DNA of 64,000 nucleotides, taken from Antedon mediterranea. Taxonomy: Eukaryota; Animalia; Echinodermata. The notes beneath the pieces were generated by a model. The model worked only from the letters and a program-made list of their open reading frames with translations. It did no database searches and was not told the origin of the DNA. Made by a program: the position numbers and the translations under genes. Positions within the stretch are counted from its first letter, which is position 1. Each line of letters starts with the position of its first letter. The stretch spans positions 33,552,304-33,616,303 of the forward strand of contig NC_092671.1 in NCBI RefSeq assembly GCF_964355755.1, given 5' to 3'. Of this stretch, positions 1 to 11,916 are shown one piece after another.

Positions 1-267
1 TATTTATCTAACGTAATTTACGATGTTCGTTATTGTTGTTATTCGAATATCATTAATTAAAACAATGTTTATACTTTTAAATATATTTAGTTTAAGTGTG
101 CTTATTGTTTTTATATGGTGTATGAAATAATAATTAAAATAACTGACACCTGCTGTAAGAAATATTTTCCAAACCATTCTTTAGAAAAATTGGGGAATTG
201 TATTGAATAGCTATCATCACAATAAAGTTAGTGAGAAAATTTACAATTTTTTGGATCCAATAAGTAC

Positions 268-398
268 TGTGATGGGTTTGTCACACGGAAGTGAGCCCTC
301 TAGAGTAAAAGAGGAGATGGATAAAGATGGACGACAACTACAACGTGTTTTGTTATGTTCTTATTGTTGGTTTCAGCCTAACGAGCGAGCCCGTAACA
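268..398 (+). repeat. 5' LTR (131 bp)
   Basis: Direct repeat of 5555-5685; TGTGAT...TAACA; followed by the PBS. Confidence 0.97.
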
Positions 399-400
399 AA

Positions 401-418
401 TAGGGGGGTCATCCGGGA
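401..418 (+). promoter_or_regulatory. Primer-binding site, resembling the complement of the tRNA-Pro 3' end
   Basis: TAGGGGGGTCATCCGGGA two bases after the LTR resembles the tRNA-Pro-type PBS TGGGGGCTCGTCCGGGAT; imperfect match. Confidence 0.65.
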
Positions 419-750
419 ACAAAGTGCGGAATTGTAGTTGTAGATCGAACCGATGGTAATTTTAGTTACTTATTCTAAGCTGGTTTTAGGTTTAGAGGCG
501 TTTTATAACGAACGAGGTTTGGCGGTCGTCGAGCCAGTACACTGTGTTGTTGTTTTAGGCTTGTGTAGGCTTGCCTGTGATACTAGAAGTCGGTTTGGCT
601 TTGATTTTAGGGGTCTAGTTATTGAGACCACGGCGCACGGTAGGTTTAATACTGTGTGGGCTTGGCAGGTATTTCATTACTGGTGCCTTAATTATCGTCA
701 TATTGGTTATTTTAACCTGTGTTTTTGTTTGTTTGTTTCGAATAGAAACT

Positions 751-1899
751 ATGTCAGAAAGTGATTTTGACGAGGAATTTTTGGATAGCATGTCCATTGA
801 GGTGGTAGCTCAGCTATCAGAGGAGCGTTTGCGACTCCTAGGTACTAGGGTTGGAGCATCTATAAATGATTCCATGAATAAATATGACTTGATAAATGTG
901 ATTGGAAATCATGTTGGTTTAATTACACATGAATCCGTAAAAACTGCGGGGAATGAGGTCGAGTTGGCTAGAATCGAGTTGGAACGTGAAAAATTAATGT
1001 TTGAAAGAAGAAAAATAGAAATTTTAGAGATGCAAACTCAAAGAGAAATGGAAAAAGAAAAACATGAATTTGAGTTAAGGAAATTAGAATTAGCTAACCA
1101 AATGGGTCACACACGGGTTTCTACACCTAATGATTCAGAGATTACTCAGAATATTAAATGGGTTCCCAAGTTTAATGAGGACGAGGTAGAGACATATTTT
1201 TTAGCTTTTGAGAAAATTGCTAATAGATTAAAGTGGCCTGCTAGACACTGGACTGTGTTGTTACAAACTGCTCTTGTGGGTAAAGCCCAAGAGGTATTTT
1301 CTGCATTGGCTGATGATCAATGTGAAAGCTATGATGCGGTTAAAACTGCTGTTTTGTCAGCTTATGAGTTAGTTCCAGAGGCGTATCGTCAGAAATTTAG
1401 GAACTTAGGTAAACCTTATGATCAAACGTTTACAGAATTTGCACGTAAGAAGCAGATTCTTTTTGATAGATGGTGTAGTTCGGAAGGAGTAAAGGGTGAA
1501 TTTGGAAAGCTTCGTGAGCTTATGTTAGTTGAGGAGTTTAAATCTTGTTCCCCTACTGAAGTTCGTACACATCTAGAGGAGCAGAAAGTTGATAATTTAA
1601 TGAAAGCGGCTTCTGTTGCCGATAATTACGTGCTCACGCACAAGGTAGTGATTACCAAATCGGTTTCAAAATTTGTTGATGATTCTAAGGTCCAAAGCAG
1701 GCAGAAAACTACAGTTAATAGTAGTAGTAAATTTGTCAGAACTTGTTTTTACTGCAAGAAAAAGGGTCATATAAAGGCATATTGCTGGTTGTTTCAAAGC
1801 AAAGCTAAAGGGGATAATAAGAAACCCCAATCACTTCCAAACACGTTAGTAAATACAGTCCCGTTGAAAGTGACAGCGTTGATGAAAATGAGAAGTTGA
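751..1899 (+). CDS. gag: Gag-like polyprotein (coiled coil, SCAN/capsid-like region, CCHC zinc knuckle)
   Basis: ATG at 751 (MSESDF...); motifs YFLAFEKIA..LKWP, AYELVPEAYRQKFR and CFYCKKKGHIKAYC; frameshifted into the protease region. Confidence 0.9.
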   Translation: MSESDFDEEFLDSMSIEVVAQLSEERLRLLGTRVGASINDSMNKYDLINVIGNHVGLITHESVKTAGNEVELARIELEREKLMFERRKIEILEMQTQREMEKEKHEFELRKLELANQMGHTRVSTPNDSEITQNIKWVPKFNEDEVETYFLAFEKIANRLKWPARHWTVLLQTALVGKAQEVFSALADDQCESYDAVKTAVLSAYELVPEAYRQKFRNLGKPYDQTFTEFARKKQILFDRWCSSEGVKGEFGKLRELMLVEEFKSCSPTEVRTHLEEQKVDNLMKAASVADNYVLTHKVVITKSVSKFVDDSKVQSRQKTTVNSSSKFVRTCFYCKKKGHIKAYCWLFQSKAKGDNKKPQSLPNTLVNTVPLKVTALMKMRS

Positions 1900-3704
1900 T
1901 CCAATCTTCAGGTCCAGAAAAAGTGCGAAAGCTATTTAAGCCTTTCTTCTCTACTGGTTCTGTAGCATTGATCAACGATGTGAATCTGAGTAAAGTTCGT
2001 GTCTTAAGAGACACAGGGGCGTCATAATCCCTGATAATAGAATCGGCATTGTCATTTTCAAACGACTCTTCTGCTGGAGCAAGTGTGCTCATCCAAGGTG
2101 TTGAAGGGGGTTATAAGGAAGTCCCACTTCATGTAATTCGGATTGAAACAGATATTGTTAGCGGAGATTTTGTTGTTGGTGTCGTTCCGAGTGTTCCAGT
2201 ATGGGGTGTCACACTCCTTTTGGGGAATGATTTGGCCGGAGACAGAGTGACAGTAGAACCGGTTGTGTGCAAAAGTCCTGTTGAAGACAAAAGCACGGTG
2301 TGTTTAGAGAAAGAATTATCATGTGTTTCCATCATGTGCGGTGACACGATCTATGGCAAATAAAACCATAGATGAGGATGAGAGTATTGACTTATGTGAT
2401 AGTTTTTACGGAGACATTACGGATCGCGTTTCCCAAGAGGCTGTCTGCTCAGGTCCCGAGTCACACACTGCCCAGGCTGAACAACAGCACCCAAAAGTGT
2501 GTGATTTCGGTCCGACAGTTCTCAATCGGTCCAGGTTAGTGGAAGAGCAGAGTAAAGATCCTGATTTGGTGTCATTTGGTCAGCAAGCTCTTTCTGTAGA
2601 GGAAATGTCTATTGTTCCTGTTTGTTATTATATAAAGGATGGCATACTTATGCGTAAGTGGAGGCCACCAGATATTCCAAGTAGTGATGTTTGGAATGAG
2701 ATTCACCAGATAGTTATTCCTAGTGGATACCGTCAGGATATTATTGGTATTGCGCATGATGATCCTCTTTCAGGTCATTTAGGTGTAAAAAAACGGTAGA
2801 CAAAATTCTCAGGCATTTCTTTTGGCCAGGTCTTAGAAAAGATGTGTCTAACTATTGTAAATCCTGTCATGCGTGTCAGGTAGTGGGGAAGCCTAATCAA
2901 AAGGTTCCAGTAGCCCCACCTAAGCCTATTCCTGCATTCGGTGAACCATTTTCAAGGGTTATTGTTGATTGTGTGGGTCCATTACCACGTACTAAAAATG
3001 GAAATGAGTATATATTAACAATAAAGTGTGCATCAAGTAGGTTTCCAGAAGCGATTCCTCTTAGGCGTATTACAGCTAAGAATGTTGTTAAAGCATTGGT
3101 AAAATTCTTTACATGGGTAGGATTGCCTAAAGCTGTTCAGTCCGATCAAGGATCAAACTTCATGTCAAAGATATTTAAACAAGTCTTAGAGCAGTTAGGT
3201 GTTGCCCATATAAATTCAAGTGCTTACCATCCACAGTCTCAAGGGGCACTTGAGAGATTTCATCAAACACTTAAGAATATGATTAAAACCTATTGTTTTC
3301 AATGTGAAAAGGAATGGGATGAGGGAGTTCCCTTATTGTTATTTGCTGTTCGTGAAACAGTGCAAGAGTCCTTAGGGTTTAGCCCATTTGAGTTGGTGTA
3401 TGGTCATTCGGTCCGAGGCCCTCTTAAAATAGTCAAAGAAAGGCTGTTAGGGAATGCAGAAGAGTCTGTATCGATACTAGATTATGTGTCTGAATTTCGT
3501 GATCGATTAAATCGTGCTCGTGAGATGGCTAGAAAGAATCTTGTGAAGGCTCAGGGTAAAATGAAGAGATTGTTTGATAGTAAATCAGAAAAGAGAAGCT
3601 TTAGTTCAGGTGAAGTGTAGTTATGTTGCCTCTTCAGTCAACCATTATCTGCAATATTTGCTGGTCCTTACAAAGTATTAGAAAGAGTAGGAGAAGTTGA
3701 ATAT
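1900..3704 (+). pseudogene. pol: pol N-terminal part: aspartic protease and integrase (fragmented)
   Basis: LRDTGAS followed by a stop at about 2004-2027; LLLGNDL; HHCC (AHDDPLSGHLG...CKSCHAC); DDE core (IVDCVGP, QSDQGSNF, GALERFH); split across ORFs 2049-2363, 2323-2799 and 2844-3620. Confidence 0.92.
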
Positions 3705-5291
3705 GTGTTAGATACTTCAGATAGGCGTAAGAAGAAGCGACTGTGTCATATAAACATGTTGAAACCATACACAGCGATAAATAATACTGATACCTGTACG
3801 TCAACACCAGTTGCGTGTGTTGTTGAAGAGAATTCTGAAGAGTTTGGGGATCCTGATACATGTGTTAAGTTCAGTAATTCAGATGTCCTTGCAAACATTG
3901 AAGAGAAAGTTGGTCATTTATCTCGTGATCGTAAGGTTGAAATTGTTAGTTTGATATTTGGAAATCTGCAGTTGTTTTCGGATGTTCCAGGTCGAACGAA
4001 CTTAGTGGAGCATGATGTTAAGACAGCTGATTGTTCACCAATAAAACAAAATCCATATAGAGCAAATCCGTTCAAGATGAAGATATTACAAAATGAGATT
4101 GATTACATGATTAAGAATGATATAATCGAGCCTAGTTGCAGTGCTTGGAGTTATCCATGTATATTAGTTCCGAAGCCAGATAAATCGTATCGTTTTTGTA
4201 CTGATTATCGGAAGGTTAATGCTAAATCTACTACAGATTCATATCCCATACCGAGGACAGACGACTGTATTGATCGTGTGGGTAGTGCTAAGTTTGTCAG
4301 TAAATTTGATCTTCTAAAGGGTTACTGGCAAATTCCTTTAACAGAGCGTGCGAAAGAAGTGTCAGCTTTTGTAACTCCTATGGGTCTTAATCAGTATAAG
4401 GTCATGCCTTTCGGTTTAGAGAATGAACCAGCCACGTTCCAGAGATTGGTTAATGGTATAATTTCAGGGTTGGAGGGCTGTGAAGCTTATATAGACGATT
4501 TGGTTGTTTATAGTGATACATGGGATGTCCCTGTGCAGAGAATTAAGGCATTGTTTGACAGGTTGACAGCTGCAAAGTTGACAGTAAATTTGGTGAAAAG
4601 CGAGTTTTCCTGTGCAGAAATTGTGTTCTTAGGTCATAAAGTTGGTTGCGGAAAAGTGAAACCATTAAGTGCTAAGATAAAGGCAGTCTGTGATTTCCCA
4701 GTTCCAAAGAGTAAGCAGGAGTTAATGCGGTTCCTGGGAATGGCTGGGTTTTATCGACGTTTTTGCAGAAGTTTCTCAACGCTTGTAGCTCCATTAACGA
4801 ATCTGCTGAAAAAGAATGCAAGTTTTGTGTGGCAGGAGGAATGCAATAATGCGTTCATTAAAGTTAAAGCAATGTTATCAAACGAACCGGTGTTGATGGC
4901 TCCACAATTTGATAAACAGTTCTCGTTGATGATTGATGCCAGTGATGTTGGTTCTGGTGCTGTGTTGGCGCAAACAGACGAGAATGGTGTTGACAAGCCT
5001 GTGTGTTTCTACTCAAGAAAATTCAACCAGCATGAGAAACGTTATTCTACTGTTGAGAAGGAGACATTAGCTTTGATGTCAGCGTTAAAGCACTTTGAAG
5101 TGTATCTTGGATCTACTCCGTTTCCAATTGTAGTTTGGACTGACCACAACCCATTAACGTTCTTGGCAAGAATGAAGGACAAGAATCAACGCCTGTTGAG
5201 ATGGAGTTTAGCAGTTCAAGAAATGAATCTGGAAATTCATCATATCAGAGGAAAAGACAATGTTGTAGCTGACGCTTTGTCAAGAGTTTAG
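3705..5291 (+). CDS. pol: pol C-terminal part: reverse transcriptase and RNase H
   Basis: RFCTDYRKVN, FDLLKGYWQI, MPFGL, YIDD; RNase H motifs IDASDVG, EKE, TDHNPL, NVVADALSR. Confidence 0.95.
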   Translation: MLDTSDRRKKKRLCHINMLKPYTAINNTDTCTSTPVACVVEENSEEFGDPDTCVKFSNSDVLANIEEKVGHLSRDRKVEIVSLIFGNLQLFSDVPGRTNLVEHDVKTADCSPIKQNPYRANPFKMKILQNEIDYMIKNDIIEPSCSAWSYPCILVPKPDKSYRFCTDYRKVNAKSTTDSYPIPRTDDCIDRVGSAKFVSKFDLLKGYWQIPLTERAKEVSAFVTPMGLNQYKVMPFGLENEPATFQRLVNGIISGLEGCEAYIDDLVVYSDTWDVPVQRIKALFDRLTAAKLTVNLVKSEFSCAEIVFLGHKVGCGKVKPLSAKIKAVCDFPVPKSKQELMRFLGMAGFYRRFCRSFSTLVAPLTNLLKKNASFVWQEECNNAFIKVKAMLSNEPVLMAPQFDKQFSLMIDASDVGSGAVLAQTDENGVDKPVCFYSRKFNQHEKRYSTVEKETLALMSALKHFEVYLGSTPFPIVVWTDHNPLTFLARMKDKNQRLLRWSLAVQEMNLEIHHIRGKDNVVADALSRV

Positions 5292-5554
5292 ATAAAACAT
5301 GCATGAAATGATTTTAAAAGTTTTGTTGATTTTAAAAGTGTTTATTTAATTATAATATGTTAGTTGTGATAGAGTGATGCATTAATGGCATACACGGATT
5401 TAAAGTAATTATAACTTGTGAAATTTTAAAGAAGCAGTTGAAGTAAATTCATATCAACGACCTGTTAAAATAACTACTGTATAAGAAAAGATTTAAGATG
5501 TTATAGTAAACAGTTATAAGTTTAATCATATCAAACTTTCTTTAAGTGGGGGTG

Positions 5555-5685
5555 TGTGATGGGTTTGTCACACGGAAGTGAGCCCTCTAGAGTAAAAGAG
5601 GAGATGAATAAAGATGGACGACAACTACAACGTGTTTTGTTATGTTCTTATTGTTGGTTTCAGCCTAACGAGCGAGCCCGTAACA
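5555..5685 (+). repeat. 3' LTR (131 bp)
   Basis: Direct repeat of 268-398; contains AATAAA; followed by TSD GTAC. Confidence 0.97.
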
Positions 5686-5820
5686 GTACATCGTATTTTT
5701 TTAGAAGAAAATTGTAATCTACCTTAATACTATTAGCCCTAGTATCATTCACTACCGTTTGTTCGGTCGATATCTACGCCTTGAAATATTGAATAAAAGT
5801 TTTTGCAGATACGCCTTTTT

Positions 5821-6390
5821 AACGAAACGGAAGACATCTTCGATCGATGACAAACAATGTTGTGCAGGGAAGCGTAACCAACAGAAATAACATCCTCGGG
5901 GTATTTCAGGACACTGTTTTAATACTTACTGTGTTTTTCTTATCATCTTTTTCCTTTTGATTTGATACCCAGGTAGCAAGCCCATATGGGAACCATATGG
6001 GACCCTTATGAAAACATATAATATGGCTACCATATGGGTTTCCCATATGGGATTCCACTATCTTTGCACCCAAGAACCATATACCTATGGGTCCCAGAGG
6101 GAAGGCCCACGTAGCCCATATATAACCCACATGGGGCCCATATTTCAAAGCATAATATGGGCATCGTTTTTTGTTGCCCGAATGGGATTCTTCTTGTTTT
6201 GACACATCGGTAGATTGATGTAGGCTAATATTTTAAGAACATTTTACAGTAACAATTTTCTCCACAAGACTGTAATTTCTGTTGGTTATGCTTTCAATTC
6301 AATTCAATTCAAAATAACATTTATTTACTTTCTTTTAAAATTAAAAAAGCACAGCATTGTTTGTCATCGGTCGAAGATGTATTCCGTATG
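5821..6390. mobile_element. MITE-like element with inverted ends and a second, CCCATATGGG-rich insert (about 5966-6182)
   Basis: ACATCTTCGATCGATGACAAACAATG...GTAACCAACAGAAAT (about 5835-5890) is inverted at about 6272-6385; the same family recurs at about 9625-9970. Boundaries approximate. Confidence 0.6.
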
Positions 6391-8708
6391 TTTATGGGAA
6401 CATAGATATATAATCATTCTTTATTTAAACTGCTTAATACAAACGTCAGTATTTGAATAAAACAAATAAATCAGTCGATCAATATTACAGTTTGTAGGCC
6501 ACTGTCCAAAGTACAATAGATGATAATACATACATTTAAATTTAATTAGGAGCAAAATAATAATATAAAATAAATAAAATACATGCAGGGTGCCAAAGAC
6601 AAATTTACACAAAGAAACTCTAAAAGAAACCCCGTAAATACAAATCTTTAGTATACTTTATTGTTGTTGTATATTTTAGCTCATATTTTTTTTCCTTTCG
6701 TGGTTAACCACCACCTATATTCATTCAATGTCATATTTTTTTTTATACATCTTCTACTTGTTTCCTCTTTAATATATCATAGGCCTACGTATACATATAT
6801 TTTCTTTTGTATTCTGTTAAAAAACAATTTAACACATTTCCATTAACACTTTTTTATTGACATAGTTGTTTTTTGTTTGTTTTTTTATCCATCTGCATAT
6901 TTTATACTTTTATCTATTATCTGTTAATACTGTACATTTAATTTTCAATAAATCCATCCAATTTTTGGATTATTAGTATTTTTTTTATAAATATGTATAA
7001 TCATAGTCTGCTATTACAGTTGCATTTGTTTGTATCAAATAAATTCATTTAACAACAACAATGCTATTCTCTCTCTCTTAACTAATGATTACTACTTAAT
7101 AATAACTATTTAAGCAACATTAACATAGTATTCTTCATTTAACATTGCTTTTTATTTCAAATAGACTTTAACGAACATTGCAAGTATAATAAGTAAGTCC
7201 AAGAAAAAAAAAAGAAACAGAGAGCATAAAATATAATTATAACGACATGAATATGGTATATTATATTTACCAATCTTAGTACCAATATTGCACATTCCTT
7301 GTGCTTAGTTCATTATGAAAGATTAATAAGATTGTTTTTATGTACATATGTTTATTTTGTTTAAATTTACATATAGAGAATTTTGCAATAAATAAAATTG
7401 TATTGATATATTTACAATACAATCTTAGCTCATAATGATTATTTATGTTAAGGGCATTTTTCCAGACAGCGGGCTATTACTTCGTCATCTTTCTATCATG
7501 TGCTTTATCGATGTTTGTTTCGAATGGCATAGTGAGTTACTTTAAAAAAAACAAAATACTGTATCTGGTTTTAGATTGGTAATGTGGATGTTTGGCGGAA
7601 TTAAGTCACCCACCGCCGAATAGCCTTGGAGATATGCAAAGTACTGTATTAAAGTAGGATAACATACTGATATGACGCCGAGATAATACAGTGCCGAAAG
7701 GTACATTATACAGCATTTAAAGTAAAAGGGAAATACAGTAAATAGGCATACTGTATTCTTTATATTTCAGTGTCTATTTTGTTTTAATTCTAAATAAGCA
7801 ACCAATTTGATAATAAAAGAATTTGTAATATACATCTGTATCTGTAACATATATTCTACGTATAAGCATTTTAACCGAACAATCATCTTTTCTATACTCG
7901 TAAGTCCTATCCATCTTCTTCATGACCAAACTTTGTTTGGGTGACAATTTCGGGCATCCCAAAGCCTCAGAAGACCTTGCTTCCGAAGACAAGTCGAAGA
8001 TGACGTTCTTTGTGACATCACAGGTCTTTTAAATAAAATCATAAAATTCACTCTTTGGCTCAGATATATACTGTTTCGTATGTTTTTCAGCGTTTCAAAC
8101 CCTCTTGAAATCATTCGAAACAATGTCAAAATGTTGGCTACATCATACCGTACGTTTCTGAGGCATTTCAGGTTATTATCTGTTTTTTCACTACGAAAGT
8201 AATTAAAAGTGTTCGTGTACAGCGCCACCTACCAATAATAATGTTGACGTTTACTCGGTTCCTGCTTTTATAGTCTAAATGACGCCCTCTTGAAATTCCA
8301 CATTCCATAGCTTTGATCCAGTGGTAATTTTTAAAATATTTAATAAGTCATAATTTAATAAATATTTAGTTTACGAACTTTTTATATAGACCATGGCCAT
8401 CTCCGTAGCAATATTGATGTTAAGTGCAGCATTCACACCAATCAGATTTTGTACTGCGGCGTGCATAGAGGACAAACTTTTTGTGTTTGCGCGCCTTTAT
8501 ATAGATATTAGGGAAAACCTTGTCACGTACGCGGAAAAAATTATTTCTAAAAATGAACATCAAACCAAAAATTGGCATACATTAACTGCTGACATTTAAA
8601 ACTGGTAAATTTACCTATAAAAACCGAACAAAAATGTTTTTTTGTCATTCGTTTTTTAAAATTTTGATATCAATAAGTAAACTGTGCTTTTTTTATATTT
8701 TAATAACC

Positions 8709-9078
8709 ATTGTCAAAGAACTTAACACAATCAAGAATCTCCTGTTCGTATGAAGCGCGTAACAATTTTGAAAGGCATTGTGGAATAGAATAGAGCTAAT
8801 GGGTGGCGCCATTATGAGCCATGGAGTAGTGCGCCCGCATCATATTAGAAAATCAAAATCATAGAGGGGATCTGCTAATACTATAGGGGGATAGAGAAAT
8901 TGACTGAACCCTCTATAGGAATTAATAGTTTTGACTTCTTAGTTTGGAGCGGGCGCTGCTCCATGCTGTGAAATGGCGTCGCCCAGTTTGACCTAAGTTT
9001 TAACCCTGTACTTCCATTACTGTGTTTTGAATGCAAATTGAAGAACAGGAGATTCTTGTGTTATAAGTTCTTTGCCAT
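8709..9078. mobile_element. MITE-like element
   Basis: CAAAGAACTTAACAC..CAAGAATCTCCTGTTC at the left is inverted as GAACAGGAGATTCTTG..TAAGTTCTTTG at the right. Confidence 0.55.
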
Positions 9079-9624
9079 TGTCTGTTGTAGTAATTTACGA
9101 GGATTAGAGTTTCAAAATAATTGCAAAATGATAAATTTCTTAAAATTGAATACCTGAATATAAGAAGGGTCCAAGTCCACGCAATAGTGTTTAGAGAAAA
9201 TTAACAAAATAACTTATATATTCATATCTAAATGTAAAATGATATAGTACATGATTACAGGGCGGATCCAGGATTATTTTTGCGGGGGGGGGGGGGGGGC
9301 ACACGTACGCGATCGTAGAGAGAAAATACACTGGGGGAAGCCCAGAATAAAAATGCATTTTATGGTGTTCGAGATCACTCTAACGCACTCCTGATTCGAT
9401 CATCTGTAAAGGGTCTTGCACACCTGTTCACAGTTCCGAAGGGTGGCGAAAGTAGTGAGAAAGACTGAGAGAGGGCGTCCTATTTCGTCCCATTTTAGGG
9501 GAGCATATTATGAATATGCATCTCTCTGCACTCGCCTTCTGAATGAACATTTTAATACGCTGCGCTTTCCCAATGAATTGCCGATTCTTACAAAGGGAGG
9601 ATATCGCCTTGTTGTAACTACGTA

Positions 9625-9970
9625 TAGGCCTTTTTCACGAAACGGGAGACATCTTCGACCGATGACAAACAATGTTGTGCAACGAAGCGTAACCAACAGA
9701 AATAACATAACGTTTTCAGGAGATTTCAGGACACCATGTTAATTTAAAAATCGTAACTGTTCAACGGAAATGTTGAACAGTTAACTGTAAAATGTTCTTA
9801 AAAGATTTGCCTACATCACTGTGTGATTGAAAAAAAATATTTTTTCACTGCTTAAAATCCATCGAAAAAAACACCACAGTGTATAAGCATAGGCTGAAAA
9901 CGCTATGTTATTTCTGTTGGTTACGCTTTGTTGCACGGCATTGTTTGTCATCGTTTCGTGAAAAAGGCGC
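9625..9970. mobile_element. MITE, second copy of the 5821-6390 family
   Basis: GATGACAAACAATGTTGTGCAACGAAGCGTAACCAACAGAAATAACATA (about 9661-9709) is inverted at about 9904-9953. Confidence 0.65.
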
Positions 9971-10059
9971 ATTGGTCCCTGGATGTAGCATTCAGATATC
10001 GACGCCCGCGGCGGCGTGAGCTGGGCCAACTTCTAAATATAGAAGAATTGTAACTTTAA

Positions 10060-10102
10060 CTAGATTTGAACTCGTCACTACGGACGAGTTAGGTTATCCG
10101 CA
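10060..10102 (-). mobile_element. Helitron-like 3' terminus
   Basis: Minus strand: hairpin AACTCGTC-CGTAGT-GACGAGTT followed by CAAATCTAG|T. The 5' end was not located. Confidence 0.5.
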
Positions 10103-10305
10103 TCGCAAAAGCCACGTGCACGTCACGTCATAATCATTATACGCGCTTCTGTGGCATAATGGGAACGCGTTTAAGACAATGACTTGGGCCCTTCCTATAA
10201 TCATATATCATGTTTGTGCAGTGAAACAGACATATTATTTGTCAACAGAGGGCACTATTATCAAATGTGTAACTCATATACACAAGGTAGCCCAGTGACA
10301 ATTAT

Positions 10306-11066
10306 TGTTTCTGCTGCAACTGCTCAAAATACGGTATAAAAATACGCTATAAAATACGGTATTTTTTATACCGTATTTTTTAGTACCCCGTTTCTGCTAA
10401 CAATACTTCTTGGGTGGTCGGGTTAAATTTCATCCTTTTTACCCAAATTGCCATTCATTTATTTGGTCGATAATTAAAAGTCGCAATAAAGGAAGTTTTA
10501 CGTCTCATTTTCAACAGCCTAGCCCTAGTGATAGAGATGTTGTGAGAGCACAGAAAACATCGTAATGGGGACAAATAATTCGTTCTCTCCCCGAGTTATT
10601 GTCTTTTGCAATGTTGTACTGCTTCGCAGGCGCTTCATCTTTGAATTTACTTGCTTGGAGACAAGTCTATTCCGTACTCTTGCTGCTTTATTTTTTTAGA
10701 AATGTCTTTATAAATGTGGTTGTCCCTTTTATTACCTTTTAATTGGCCGGAAATTTTAGCTTTCCCACACAGATTTATATAGTAAATACTGTGACGTCTT
10801 CGCTCCACATTTTCGCCGAATATATCTATACACGTGTGTAAAACAGCTGACAGCAACAGAAAATAAAAACACGATGTTGACTTCATGTCACAGGTAAAAA
10901 AAATACGGTATTTTTTATTGGCAGCAGAAAAGGGTACAACAAATACGGTATAAATGTGTAAATACCGTATTTTATCCACAAATCTTGTGGGGAAAATACG
11001 GTATTTTTTATGAGCGGTGTTTCTGCTGCCAAAAAAAATACGGTATTTTCTTGGCAGCAGAAACAG
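10306..11066. mobile_element. Non-autonomous TIR element with many AAATACGGTATT subterminal repeats
   Basis: TGTTTCTGCTGC...GCAGCAGAAACA ends; repeated AAAATACGGTAT motifs in both orientations near both ends. Confidence 0.55.
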
Positions 11067-11916
11067 GGCCTATGTTCAGCTCAATTTGGCCAAGTGATGG
11101 ACTATGGATACCATAAACGTCATTACATTGTAATTATGTGTTTGCCTTTTTTTTATACTCTGTGGAATCACTTGAATATTTTTCATTCCGACAAGAAAAG
11201 CGCAAGTTATGCCCTGTTGTAAACAAAATAATATGCGCATGCGTATTGTATTTTGGAAATAACCTTTGTTACGTAGTATGTCAGGAACATATTTTTTAAA
11301 ATTTGGATAATCAGATCATTCGATATCTTCCTTGTATGTAGAAATGACGAGGTTAATGATCTCGTTATCCGAACATCTCTTATAAATGTTTCAGACGTAA
11401 GAGATCTAAGATCTTGTCATCTGAACATCATTCTCTTCTAAAGGTAGACAAGACGTCATATCCGTTTCTTCTAAATCATGTAGATATGATGATTAATAAG
11501 CTAATTCATTCTCTTCTAAAGCCTGGTTCCAACTGAGAACGCAATGCAAGACACAAATCGCAATGCAAGCAAATTTTCCAATCAGACAATAGAGGATTAC
11601 AATTACGTATTAACCATAGGTTTATTTAATACAGTACCAATAAAGGCTAAGCATTCAAATTAATAAGCAAAAATTGAATACAAGAACTAACACATTTAGT
11701 AGATCTAGACATGTCACGTGTGTACAACACGGCATTCACAAGTTCGATTTTTCATGACGTATCCAAACCCAACTAAAAAAAAGGAAAGACATAATTTCAC
11801 TCATTTTTATTGTAATTAATGCTATGTGTGTGACCTGCACTATGTAAGGTCAAATGTCAGATAAAAGTGGGTTCTGGTACGGTATCGTTATCCGTCTTTC
11901 AGTACAATGTACTCAC

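Larger units (their letters stand above)
268..5685 (+). mobile_element. Full-length Gypsy LTR retrotransposon, Gmr1-like (gag-PR-IN-RT-RH order), with inactivating stops and frameshifts
   Basis: 131-bp LTRs at 268-398 and 5555-5685 (TG...CA, one mismatch); 4-bp TSD GTAC at 264-267 and 5686-5689; PBS-like TAGGGGGGTCATCCGGGA at 401-418; purine-rich tract AAGTGGGGGTG at 5544-5554; integrase lies upstream of RT. Confidence 0.97.

Noticed and set aside
7774-8228. Minus-strand ORFs with faint resemblance to a piggyBac-like transposase segment
   Set aside because: No catalytic motifs or TIRs recognisable; too weak to call without a profile search.
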